NCBI RefSeq assembly: GCF_963506605.1
Contig: NC_083288.1
Span: 28,024,001 to 28,088,000 of the forward strand
Length of the DNA stretch: 64,000 nucleotides
Source: Zootoca vivipara
Taxonomy: Eukaryota
Reading direction: 5' to 3'
Shown here one piece after another: positions 50,809-62,437 of the stretch (its first letter is position 1; each line of letters begins with the position of its first letter). The position numbers and the translations under genes are program-made. Under the pieces are notes generated by a model. The model saw nothing but the letters and a program-made list of their open reading frames with translations, did not search any database and had not been told where the DNA came from.

Positions 50809-51184
50809 TAACCAAATAAAACACACCTGGGCCAGTGAATTCTAATAAATGGGGGGGGGGATTCTATCCCTCTCATCACCAGGGCTGCATGTTCATGAAG
50901 CTAGGTTTGTTAAGGTGTCTCCCTCTATGCTGTGGGCATCCTGGGTGTATGAACCTTATCTGCACACCAAAGCCCTGTTGGGCAACATTATCCCCACATG
51001 TTCTGGCAGGCTGAATGGCACCCTCCAGCAGCAGCATAGGGTGAGGGGGACCATAGTGGAGGTTGCCCCAGGTGCAAAATTATTAGAGGTGCAAAAATTT
51101 GACACTCACTGCTGCCTCAATACAGTTGTGTACTTTTGTCATTGGGCTCCATTGAAAATAGCTTCTCCATGAGAACCAGGAAGT

Positions 51185-54100
51185 TAAGATTTTAATAATA
51201 TAATAAAGGTACTGTATAAGGATGAAGAGTGTATCATGGAATGTGAACGGACTGAATGGGAAATTTAAAAGAAACAAAATAGAATATCTACTGAAGAAGA
51301 AGAAATGGGATATAATGTGTTTGCAAGAAACGCATATAAGCAAGAATCACGTGAGAGTGTTAAAAAACAATAGATTGGGACTAGAATTCGTCAGCAGGCA
51401 AGGAAAAAAAGAGAGGGTGGTATTATATATTAATTCAACTCTGAAACCGCGGATGTTATTTAGTGATGAAGAAGGTAGAGTGGTAGGAGCGGAAATCTGT
51501 ACAAGGGTGGGGAAAGTGATTGTAATAGGGATCTATGCCCCTAATAACAGAAAAGACGAATTTTTCAAAAGCCTTGAAGAGATGATGTGGGATTATATGG
51601 GAGAGAATATGATATTGATGGGTGATATGAATGGGGTAATTTCCACGGAACTGGACAGAACACCAAAAGACAAAATTAATAACTCGGGTAAACTGCCTTT
51701 TTCCTTTTTTCATTTAGTAGAAAACCTTGAATTGTACGACACCTGGAGATTCAAAACCCCCACAGCAATAGATATTACACATTATTCTGATGCTAAGAAA
51801 TCAGGGGGAAGAATAGATTCAATATGGCTAACAAAAAGATTAATGTTAAATTTAGAGAAAGCAGAGATACAAAATAGATCCATGTCAGATCATAATCCGG
51901 TATCGATTCAATTGAGTTTTGGGCACAAGACAAAAGGAAGGTGGAGATTAAATGACGAGATATGGAGAGATGAACAGAGGGTAAAGAAAGCAAAAGAAGC
52001 TCTGAAAGAATTATTTGAAATAAATGAAAGTCAGGATACAGACAGGAGAATAATATGGGAGGCAAGTAAAGCCTACATGAGAGGTTTTAGTATTCAACAA
52101 ATGAAAAGGGTAAAAAAAAGAGAAAGAAAAAAGCATAATGGAAATGAATAAGCAGATAAGGGAGAGAGAGAAAGAACTAACTAAAAACCCAGGAAATGAG
52201 GAACTAAGACAACATATAAAGAGATTGCAAAATCACCTCTCAGAAATAGTAAATACTGAAGTAAAAAACAAGATTATGTGGACAAAACAAAGGTACTTTG
52301 AACAGGCCAACAAGCCTGGCATGATGTTGGTGTGGTTAATTAAAGAAAAACAAAAGGATAGAATAATAAATAAAATAATGGTGGAGGACAAAGAAATAAC
52401 AGATCCACAACAAATTAAAGAAAGCTTTATAGATTATTATAAGAGGCTTTACAAAGAGGAAGGATATACTTGTCTGAAAACAAATTACCAGAAATTAACG
52501 AAGCAGAATATCAATATCTAAATGCGGAAATTCAAGAGGAAGAAATTAAAATAATTATAAAGAAAATGGTAGAAGGAAAATCGCCGGGGCCCGATGGACT
52601 CTCAGTCAAATATTACAAAGTAGTAGAAGAACTGATAACCCCGAGATTAAAAAAAATAATGAATGAAATTTTAGAAAAAGGATTAATACTGAAATCATGG
52701 CAGGAAGCCCTAATAACATTAATACCCAAAGGAGGTTCAAATATGGAATTAATTAAGAATTATAGACCCATATCCTTACTTAATATAGAATATAAAATAT
52801 TCACTGGGGTATTAGCAAATCGATTGAAAAGTGTGCTAAATAGAATAATTGGAAAAGATCAAGCAGGCTTCCTGCCCGGAAGACAAATAAAAGATAACAT
52901 CAGGGTAATTATAGATTTGATAGAATATTTAGATTTAAAACCAAGCATGGAAACCGCGATGCTATTAGCAGACGCGGAAAAGGCTTTTGATTGTGTCTCA
53001 TGGGACTTTATGATAAGAACCTGTGAAAATTTAAAATTGGGCCAGAGATTTCTAAACGGAATTAAAGCAATTTATAGAGAACAAAGGGCGAAATTGATTG
53101 TAAACAATGAAATCACGGAAGAATTCTGTATAGGGAGAGGAACAAGGCAAGGTTGCCCTCTGTCCCCCCTTTCATTATGATCTTGGAGACTCTGCTGGTG
53201 GCAATTAGGAAAAACAAAATGATTAAAGGAATAAAGTCAGGAGTCTATTGCTTTAAAGCTAAGGCTTTTGCCGATGATTTAATTATAATGACTGAAAACC
53301 CGAAGGAAGGAATTATGGAAGGATTAAAGGAGATGGGGAGGTTTGGTGAGGTGTCGGGATTTAGATTGAACAACATAGCTGCCAAGTTTTCCCTTTTCTC
53401 ACGAGGAAGCCTATTCAGCATAAGGGAATATCCCTTTAAAAAAGGGATAACTTGGCAGCTATGTTAAACAAGGACAAATCGAAAATGTTAACGAAAAACA
53501 TGAGAGAAAAAGGTATAGAAGATTTGGCAAAAACAACCAGGATAAAAATAGAAAACAAAGTGAATTATTTAGGTATTCAAATAACAAATAAAAGCACAAA
53601 TTTATTAAAGGATAACTACATTGAGAAGTGGAGGGAAGTAAAGAAAAATTTGACAAAATGGAAACACGTGAATTTATCCATCTGGGGCAGGGTATCCATG
53701 ATCAAAATGGTAATTTTACCAAAAAAAAATATTCTTATTTCAAAACATCCCCATCATAATTGGAACAAAATACTTAAAAGAGTGGCAAAAAGATTTGACA
53801 GATTTCATCTGGCAGGGGAGAAGGGCAAGGATGAAAATGGAGATATTAATGAATCCAAGAGAGAGGGGGGGATTCGCCTTACCGGACATGACGAAATATT
53901 TTGAGGCAGCTTGCTGGGTTTGGATAAAAGATTGGCTGACGTTAAAAAAACCGGATATTTTGGAATTAGAGGGCGTAAATAAAATTTCTGGGTGGCATGG
54001 ATGCTTGCTATATGATAAAGGAAAGAAAAACAAAGAATTTCAAAACCATATTATAAGAAGGGCCCTATGGGAGGTGTGGAACAGAACAAAAGAAAAAATT

Positions 54101-55047
54101 ATTGAGGGAACCCCCTGGTGGGCCTCACCAGTGGAAGCAAATGCCACATTGAGATGTTACATGAAAGAAAAATGGCCCACTTACAGAGAAATCACAGAAA
54201 ACATCAATGGAACCATTAAACTTAAAGGATATAAAGAACTTAAAACCAAAGGAATATCTTGGCTCGAATTTTTTTCAATTAAAGGCAACGTTTGAAAAAG
54301 ATATTAAGACAAGGGGGTTTAGAGAAACAAAAACGAGATTTGAGGAAGAAGTTCTTAACAGCAAAGAAAAGATTCTCTCGAAAATGTATATATTGTTAAA
54401 TGAACAGGAAAGGGAACAGGAAACAAAAAATAAATACATTGTAAAATGGGAACAAGATCTAGGATACCCGATAGAATATAAAAAGTGGAAAAAATTCTGG
54501 GGAAACCAAATTAACTTTACAGCTTGCTATACCTTGAAGGAGAACTTTATGAAAATGCACTATAGGTGGTACATGACCCCAGTCAGGATAGGAAAAATAA
54601 ACAAAAGCAATACCAACAAGTGTTGGAAATGTTAACAGGCTATCGGGACGATGTACCATATGTGGTGGTCATGCCCAAAAATAAAAACATTTTGGGAGAT
54701 GATCCACCAGGAAATTCAAAAATTAATCACAATCTTGTACAGTAAGAAAGCAGAAGCATATTTATTAGGGATCATGAATAATGATATACCCCGAGATAAG
54801 GAAGTTATATATTTATATGCAACAACAGTGGCAAGGACGTTAATTGCGAAAACCTGGAAAGAGCCAAGAATACCAACGAGAGGAGAATGGATTGATAAAC
54901 TTTGCGAATACCTAGAATTAGCCAAATTAACAGACTTGGTACGGAAAAAACCTAGAGATATAATAAAAAAACAGTGGGAATGCCTAAACGATTATTTAAG
55001 GAAACAAAACATGGCTGTGCTTAGAATAACTATGCAGGAATATGTAC
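51185..55047 (+). mobile_element. L1-clade LINE containing ORF2 only (APE endonuclease, RT, Cys-rich end), multiply frameshifted
   Basis: SWNVNGL, LQETH, GDMNG, SDHNPV; KSPGPDG, NYRPISLLN, DAEKAFD, GTRQGCPLSP, FADD; CWKC...HMWWSC; perfect 14-bp TSD gagaaccaggaagt (51171-51184 / 55048-55061). Confidence 0.95.
53374..53463. mobile_element. 90-bp palindromic hAT MITE inserted in the L1 RT region
   Basis: TIR catagctgccaagtt / aacttggcagctatg; 8-bp TSD ttgaacaa / ttaaacaa. Confidence 0.88.
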
Positions 55048-55159
55048 GAGAACCAGGAAGTGACCTCTCCAGGTAATAGAATGACTCTTCTTTTCTTACC
55101 TTTGTGGATGTACCTAATCAAAAACATTGCATTCCGTGAAGGTAAAAAAATGAATTTGA

Positions 55160-55477
55160 ATGTGACCCCAGGAGACTTAGTTCTTCCTTTAAATGAGACA
55201 TAGGAGACACTTATCTCTAAGGGACATTAATTTAGATGGATACATGGAAACAAGTGGAAGTGGTATGGGGGTTGGTCCTCAGAACATAAGGTCTCCTTAC
55301 TGTAAGGGCTCATATGTACAGATGAAATCTATGCAGAACTCAAAGATGCAAATATCAGAACCAGAAAGAGAGATGAAAAAATACAGGGAGCATGAAGAAG
55401 AGCAGAAGGTCAATCTATGCTCCATATTCTGCACTTCAAGCATATCACTGAACAGAATGAGATAAAGGACTATACAG
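55160..55477 (+). promoter_or_regulatory. Candidate OR promoter and non-coding exon 1; paralogous to 47295-47640
   Basis: Non-coding block conserved between two paralogs, with O/E(EBF)-like sites ccccaggaga and tctctaaggga and homeodomain-like cattaat; donor CAG|GTAAGA at 55478. Confidence 0.45.
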
Positions 55478-56355
55478 GTAAGAAACACTGCTCATGGGGG
55501 AGGGAAAACAAAACCAATGAGGAAAAGAGGCCAGGACTTCTGTATCTGAGTGATAGCCTTTCACTAGAAGGTGGGAAGCCAGCAGGGTGACTAGCCTCCA
55601 CATTCCTGGGGCTATTTTCTATACAATTGCATGACAAGCTGATAAGTAACAGAACATGCTTATGGCTCAATGAGGGATTTGAACCCTGGTCTCCTAGTCT
55701 GACATTCTGACTACTACCGGTACATCACCACCAGTTCTCACTGCAGGACCTTGTAAGGTTCCAAGGATACATGCCTGGCTTCCAGAGAATCTGCTTCTTG
55801 TTTTCAAGGGAGTAAGCTGATGGATAAAATGTTATCCCACATGTTTTCCTTTCACTTTCCTTATCTGATCTTTTGGTGATGTCGGTTTCTTGCACAATAA
55901 CTCCCGATCAACTTTAATTGCCCAAACTAAATTTATCAATATGCAACTGAACATCACCCAAAAACAGAGACCCAAAGCTTCTTCACCTGAGGATCCCAGA
56001 GGGTCATTAGTTGAATGGACATCAGTCAGGGATTCCCTAGCTGTGATTGCAGGGTGATCAATGCAAGATGATCCTTGGAATGATTTCCAACTGTATAATA
56101 TTATGGTTATATGGGTTGCCTCTGGCTCTCTTTAGATACGTTAGTTCTCTTTTTATTGCCTACTTGTATTTACTCATTTATCTGGGCCATCTGATATCTG
56201 TCACAGGGGCATAACTAAAGAAAGATGAGATGTGGGAGATCAAATAATGGTGAGACTATAAACTAATACACTCACCACGTATATTCAATTAAGGACAGCT
56301 GTCATTGACTGCTAGAAAGAAAAACAACTAAGATTAGTTTAACTCCTTGAATTAA

Positions 56356-56740
56356 TTACAGGTAGGTAGCCGTGTTGGTCTGACGGGTGGAGGGAGTGGG
56401 TGATTGGCAGACTGATAGCTGTTGATGACCGTTAACGACTGCAACCATTAACGACTGGATTCTTATCTCATTATACATGATAAGCTGGAATGAATTCTCA
56501 CCCTTTGCTTTTTCCTGTAGACCATTTGCAGTCGTTAACGGTCATCAACAGCTATCAGTCTGTCAATCACCCACTCCCTCCACCCTTCTGAGTAATACCC
56601 TCCCCACCATCTGACTATATAAGCATCTGAGGACTTCTGCTTCAGTGTATCTGAAGAGGTGTGCATGCACACAAAAGCTCATACCTATGACAAACTTAGT
56701 TGGTCTCTAAGGTGCTGCTGGAAGGATATTTTTTTTTATT
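56356..56740 (+). mobile_element. Penelope-like element fragment with a 60-bp inverted repeat and a mutated hammerhead motif (56647-56684)
   Basis: ggtagccgtgttggtctg start; ttagttggtctctaaggtgct end; 12-bp TSD tccttgaattaa; CTGAAGA...aAAAGCTC. Confidence 0.78.
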
Positions 56741-57415
56741 TCCTTGAATTAAATTATTGAACTTCACCAGAACTACATCAACTACAATCCTCTAAACACC
56801 TACTAAGAAGTAAGATCTATTGAGTTCAATAAGGCTTACTCTTAGGTAAATGCATGTAGGATTGTGGCCTTAAGCTGAAGAGACTGCACATGCAGTTGTA
56901 CAGATATCTTCCTTTCTATCCCCTTTCCACTCTTCTATTTTTGTATCAACGTTTTTATTGATTCATTCAAGTTGGAATACAAAACTAAGGTACTTGTTCT
57001 TTGCATTTATTAACACTGACAACAAACAATGTTCCTACTCAATAATCATGGAATGATGTGGGATGTAGAAATGCAAGTTATTCTCATACACTTGTTTTTT
57101 GCATTGGTCCATATAGGAAAACCACCATTAATGGAAGTTAACCTTGCACTTTAATAATAAACACATATATATCCATTACAAAAGCATACACTGACTTTTG
57201 ACTTAAGAGTAATGCTATTGTGAAATGTGTAACACTAAACCTTCAGATCAATGTGTCTCAAAAAATACACATAAGATATGGAAAGATCTGGCAAAAGAGA
57301 ATCACCTATGTACTCCCTAGCAAAGCCGTACTTAATAGTGATTGTACTGTATGCAGCAGTTAACAATGGTTAATAATTCAGTGAATTTTATTACATTTCC
57401 CCCTAGATTCAAAAG

Positions 57416-58402
57416 ATGACAATGGCAGAATGGAGAAATCAAACCATCATCACAGAATTGATTCTGCAGGGATTTGGGGATTTTCAAGACCTACAGATTG
57501 TCCTCTTCATCTTGTTTCTAACTATATACATCCTTACAATGACAGGGAACATCCTCATTGTTGGATTAGTTGTGACAAACCACAACCTCCATACTCCTAT
57601 GTACTTTTTCCTGGCAAACCTGTCTTGCTTGGAGACCTTCTACACTTCAACCATCTTGCCCAAGGTCCTTGTCAGTTCCCTGACTGCAGACAGAGCTATT
57701 TCCATCCCTGGCTGCATCACACAATTCTATTTCTTTAGTTCTCTGATAGTTACTGAATGCAGTCTCCTAGCTATGATGTCTTACGACAGATACATAGCAA
57801 TATGTAAGCCCCTGCATTATGCAACCCTAATGAACAACAGGCTCTGCCTTCTCATGGCAGCTGGGTCTTGGATTAATGGGTTTCTAGCAATGTCAATAAT
57901 GATGTACCCAATGACAAGGTTGACGTTCTGTGGCCCCAATGAAATTGAACATTTCTTTTGTGACTTTACCCCAGTAGCAAGAATTGCTTGCACTGAAGCA
58001 CAAAAATTTGAATTGATGGGTTTCATATTTTCAGTCATTTACATCCTTCCCCCTTTTCTATTGACTTTGACATCATATATGTTCATCATCACCACTATTT
58101 TGAGAATCCCATCTGCGACTGGAAGGAAAAAGGCCTTCTCCACATGCTCATCTCACCTAGCCGTGGTTACAATTTATTATGGCACCCTAATCATAGTCTA
58201 CGTGCTGCCCAATACAGAAAATATGAGAAAGCTAAACAAAGTCTTCTCTGCTTTTTATACCATTCTGACCCCTCTGGTCAATCCACTGATATACAGTCTC
58301 AGGAACAGAGAAGTGAAGGAGTCTTTTAGGAAGTCTGTTGGCAGACTGACTCGTAGCTTAATGCCCCAGAAAATCCAAAACAATGTTTTTAAAATAGGGT
58401 GA
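57416..58402 (+). CDS. Olfactory receptor, OR11A1/family 11-6-like, intact (328 aa)
   Basis: Close paralog of 45412-46395; all OR motifs present; acceptor ccctag at 57405-57406. Confidence 0.92.
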   Translation: MTMAEWRNQTIITELILQGFGDFQDLQIVLFILFLTIYILTMTGNILIVGLVVTNHNLHTPMYFFLANLSCLETFYTSTILPKVLVSSLTADRAISIPGCITQFYFFSSLIVTECSLLAMMSYDRYIAICKPLHYATLMNNRLCLLMAAGSWINGFLAMSIMMYPMTRLTFCGPNEIEHFFCDFTPVARIACTEAQKFELMGFIFSVIYILPPFLLTLTSYMFIITTILRIPSATGRKKAFSTCSSHLAVVTIYYGTLIIVYVLPNTENMRKLNKVFSAFYTILTPLVNPLIYSLRNREVKESFRKSVGRLTRSLMPQKIQNNVFKIG

Positions 58403-58870
58403 AAAATTGAGCATCCTACTGGAGGATTCTGATGTGTGTGTTTTTCTCTTGCTTTTCTAAATCCTTTCTCTTGTCATATGTACTGTGGTGCATTATATAT
58501 TTCTTATATAATTTAAATCTATTTCAGTATTGTAACTTCTATATGTTTTAAAGTATAGCTGTAATTTTTCTCTTTTTTCCTTTTGTAGAATGTTTTGAGG
58601 GTTAGTTTGTTTTTACAATCAAGCAGTCTATAAATTTTATGAAATGAATAAATAAATATTATTACCTGAATCACAACTATCACTGCTTCGGGTGCTTGCA
58701 GGACCTTCCATGAGGGAGACTGGATAACTGAAAAGTAATATCCAGTCTGCACACACACACACGCAATAAAATCCAAGCTCTTTTATAGAAACATAATTAA
58801 AGCAATACGTCAAAAAGTATAGAAAAAGTATATAATGCAATACTTATGATCCTCATACAACACAATTATC

Positions 58871-58928
<58 letters not shown>
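58871..58928. repeat. (TCTA)n microsatellite
   Basis: Direct inspection. Confidence 0.95.
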
Positions 58929-58930
<2 letters not shown>

Positions 58931-59546
58931 CACCTCAATCTTCCATACACATACCAAGAGTTTAATTCCCCCATTTCCTACCTGGAAGGTTTTCCCTGTT
59001 CCTCAGGTTCACACCCTAAGAAACCCACTCTGATCTGCCTCTCTCCCTCCCCTCCCCAAGCCCCTTCCTTTTCTAGCCCTCAATTCTTTCTTTATTTTGA
59101 ATTGAACCAAAATAGTATTCTTGAGTCCATTTATGTCAATGGGTTTACTTTGAGCCTGACTTAGTTGAGGATCACCTGGTTACATCATATATTGCAAGTG
59201 ATCCTATGAACTGATGGACTGGTACAGCCTCAAATTATTTTCAAAGGCTTTGGATGCTGAAAGCTCTAACCTCAAAACTTTAAAAAAGTGTTGTCTTGAT
59301 TAATTGCCCAATGGGGATTTGGAACTGTAGGCTGAACCTGAACTCAATAATTGTTTACAGTGTCTTCTTGGAAAATCCATGTTTCTTATAAGACTTCCAT
59401 TTGCTGGAGCAATACACACCAGATGAGGTAAGCAGTGGGGGCAGAGATGGGGGTTATCCAATGAAACTTTATTCTTAATAATTAATAACAATAGTTCCTG
59501 TTCCACATCTAGGTTTATGTGCACCTATATGCTTAGTAGTTCCTCA

Positions 59547-59810
59547 ACCCTCTTTTATTGTCCATTCCGGGTCACCCAACCACTGCCCCAGTGTCCTTTC
59601 TCCTGGCAGATCAAGATGAGCAGGTGACAGCAAAGGTTGCAAGATTTTTAGATGGGGCAATCAGAATAAGATCCACTATTTGTCTATTGATTCAAAACCC
59701 TAAAATGTATTTTATATGATTGACTTTTTATTTTTATTCTTTGTATATCATATTGTTGTTTTATTGCTATAGCCAATGGCTGATGCAAATAAAGATTCAT
59801 TTATTCATTC
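59547..59810 (+). mobile_element. 5'-truncated LINE 3' end (RTE-X-like) flanked by a 56-bp direct repeat
   Basis: Frame PLLLSIPG...FLLADQDEQVTAKVARFLDGAIRIR; AATAAA and (attc)n-like tail; flanks 59491-59546 / 59811-59866. Confidence 0.6.
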
Positions 59811-60320
59811 ATAGTTCCTGTTCCACACCTAGGTTTGTGTGCACCTATATGCTTAGTAGTTCCTCACAGGAGCAATTGCAGGAATAAAGGTTTTTTCCTC
59901 CTTTATTGCTCTTTTTGCCAATTCAGAAGGAGGTAACCTGAGGTGTCTGACAGCATTGGCAAGTAAAGAACATTATTCCTAAAATGGCCACACACAGTAA
60001 TGCTCCCCCACACACTCACACACACTTCATTTAGCTTGGCTGAATCATCTGTTGGCATTGGTTTAGTTTTCATGGATGTATCCATTATTGGTTGAACCAA
60101 TCTCCTATGTCATAAGCCTTTGTGGACTACAGTTAATTTCGTGTGTGTGTTTGTTTTTGCTGAATTGATCCTTTGATATTTACACCCACCTTCCCTCATC
60201 CTTGTCCATTCTACTGTTACACTCAACCCCAGGCTCTGATAGGTGAGAGACTCCAAGGGTAAAGGGGCTTACCCAGGGTCCACATTCTTTGGAATGAGGA
60301 ACAGCAAAGGCTGTGATGTT

Positions 60321-60321
<1 letters not shown>

Positions 60322-60368
<47 letters not shown>

Positions 60369-60415
60369 CCCTGCCCATCTGGCCGGGTTTCCCCAGCCAC
60401 TCTGGGTGGCTTACT
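60322..60415 (-). repeat. (TAA)n microsatellite attached to an L2-type 3' tail
   Basis: (taa)n followed by gcccatctggccgggtttccccagccactctggg. Confidence 0.75.
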
Positions 60416-61505
60416 GCACATACAAAAATGTAAAAATTGGTGATTCACAACCATTGTCTAGACTCATTGCTGATGAATCAGGTGGTTAAATGGCAAGCTA
60501 TGACCATTACCTTACAATTGCCAAGTTAGTAATGGAATCTCCCATCAGCTTTTAACCCGTACTGGGAACAGGACCCAGCAAATGGGAAAGGACTCAGGAA
60601 TGACATCCCCCCCCCTTGTCATATAACACTAATCATTATATAGATGCATCATTCTCTCTCTCTTTCTTGTTACTTTTTAAAAGAATCCTTACTGTGTTGC
60701 TTATAGCTATTTCATCTGTATTTTGTATTTGTATTTTGATTATTGGTCTAAAATTTGCATGTTTGTAAACACCCTAATAAGACTGGAGAAACTTGCTGGG
60801 CTGTCCGTTTAGCAGCATATGAAAGCACATGGTCCCTCCTACAATTTGTAACTCTTCGCCAGGCTTGATCAAATCTATTGATCTGAATGTCTAATTTTCT
60901 CAATATGAAATTAAACTCACTACATTTCCATAATAGTTTCCATTTCTTTTGGGGGGGTTGAGGGTGGGAAGTTCCCACAAAACATAACATTTATGTACAA
61001 ATTTCTCCTAAAATTGGCATTTTGTCTAATATAAACATTTCAGAAGCACTTTTCTCTGTTATGGTCTTTTGTGTTATTTGCTTTAAATTATGCATGGTTT
61101 TCCCTGACATATACACTATTTTTTGTTTTGTTTTTAAAGTAGAATGTAGAACTACATTACAAAATTCAGGGATGTGATTGAAGGATAGTTGTGTTTCTTT
61201 TTGCAAGTTGTCTTGGGAACTGTAAATTAGATGAGTTCAACTGTTTTCATTAAGATGAGCACTAAATTGAACCAAAATGAATTTCTCCCCCATTCCTACA
61301 CTCTCCTGGTACTGTTGCAAGCATTTCATCACAGTGACAATACTTTCCAAATACCTAGACTGCTCCTAAAATGTTATGTCTGTGTCCATCATTAATGTTT
61401 AGAAGAGGAGCAAAGGGGCTGTGACACCTCAAACCACAAAGTGTAAGTCATGCTTCCCACTTCCTCTGATTTTTTCCCCTTCAGCAGAGATACATTGTCT
61501 GCATA

Positions 61506-62437
61506 ATGGAACAACGCAACCGGACCAGTATCAAAGAGTTCATATTTGTGGGATTCTCCAGTGATCGAGGCACCTCTTTGCAGTGGTTCTCTCCATGTAC
61601 TTCATCACCCTGACAGGTAACACACTCATCATTGTGGCCATCCGTATCGACTCACAGCTCAGCACACCAATGTACTTCTTCCTGACCAATCTCTCTTTCC
61701 TGGACATCTGCTACACAACGAGTGTGGTGCCTCAACTACTGATTCATTTCCTGACTAGTCCAAAGACCATCTCCTTCAACAGATGCATGGCCCAGCTCTG
61801 TATCTCTTTGACCTTGGGCAGCATTGAGTTTATCCTGTTGGCAGCCATGGCTTATGACAGATATGTGGCTGTTTGCTATCCCTTGCATTATAAAGTCATC
61901 ATGAATAGGAGAGTGTGTATTCAGTTGGCAATAGCTTCCTGGATTGGTGGCTTCCTCAATGCTCTAGTGCAAACTGGGTTCACCATGCGCCTTCACTTCT
62001 GCACTTTCAACATCATCAACCACTTTGCTTGTGAAGTCCTGGGTGTTATCAAGTTAGCTTGCTCAGATACCTTTATCAATGAGATCATGCTTATGGTGGC
62101 AGGGGTCATTGTGCTACTCATCCCCTGCATCTTGATAATGCTTTCTTAAGTGTATATAATCCGTGCTATCCTACGCATCCACTCTTCAGAAGGTCGGCAC
62201 AGAGCTTTCTCCACATGTTCCTCTCACCTGACTGTTGTCACCTTCTGCTATGGAACAGCTGCATTTGCCTATATGAACCCCAAAACAAACACTTCACCCA
62301 ACCAAGACAAGATGTTGGCTTTCGTCTATGCCGTGGTCACTCCAATGCTTAACCCTATCATCTATAGTTTAAGGAACAAGGAAGTCAAAGGAGCCTTGGC
62401 TAAAGCAGTAAGGAAAAACATCCCCATAGATAGCTAA
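61506..62437 (+). pseudogene. Olfactory receptor pseudogene, family 2/13-like
   Basis: MEQRNRTSIKEFIFVGFS followed by a frameshift near 61575; premature TAA at 62147-62149 replaces the Tyr of the conserved SY; remainder OR-like to TAA 62437. Confidence 0.9.
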
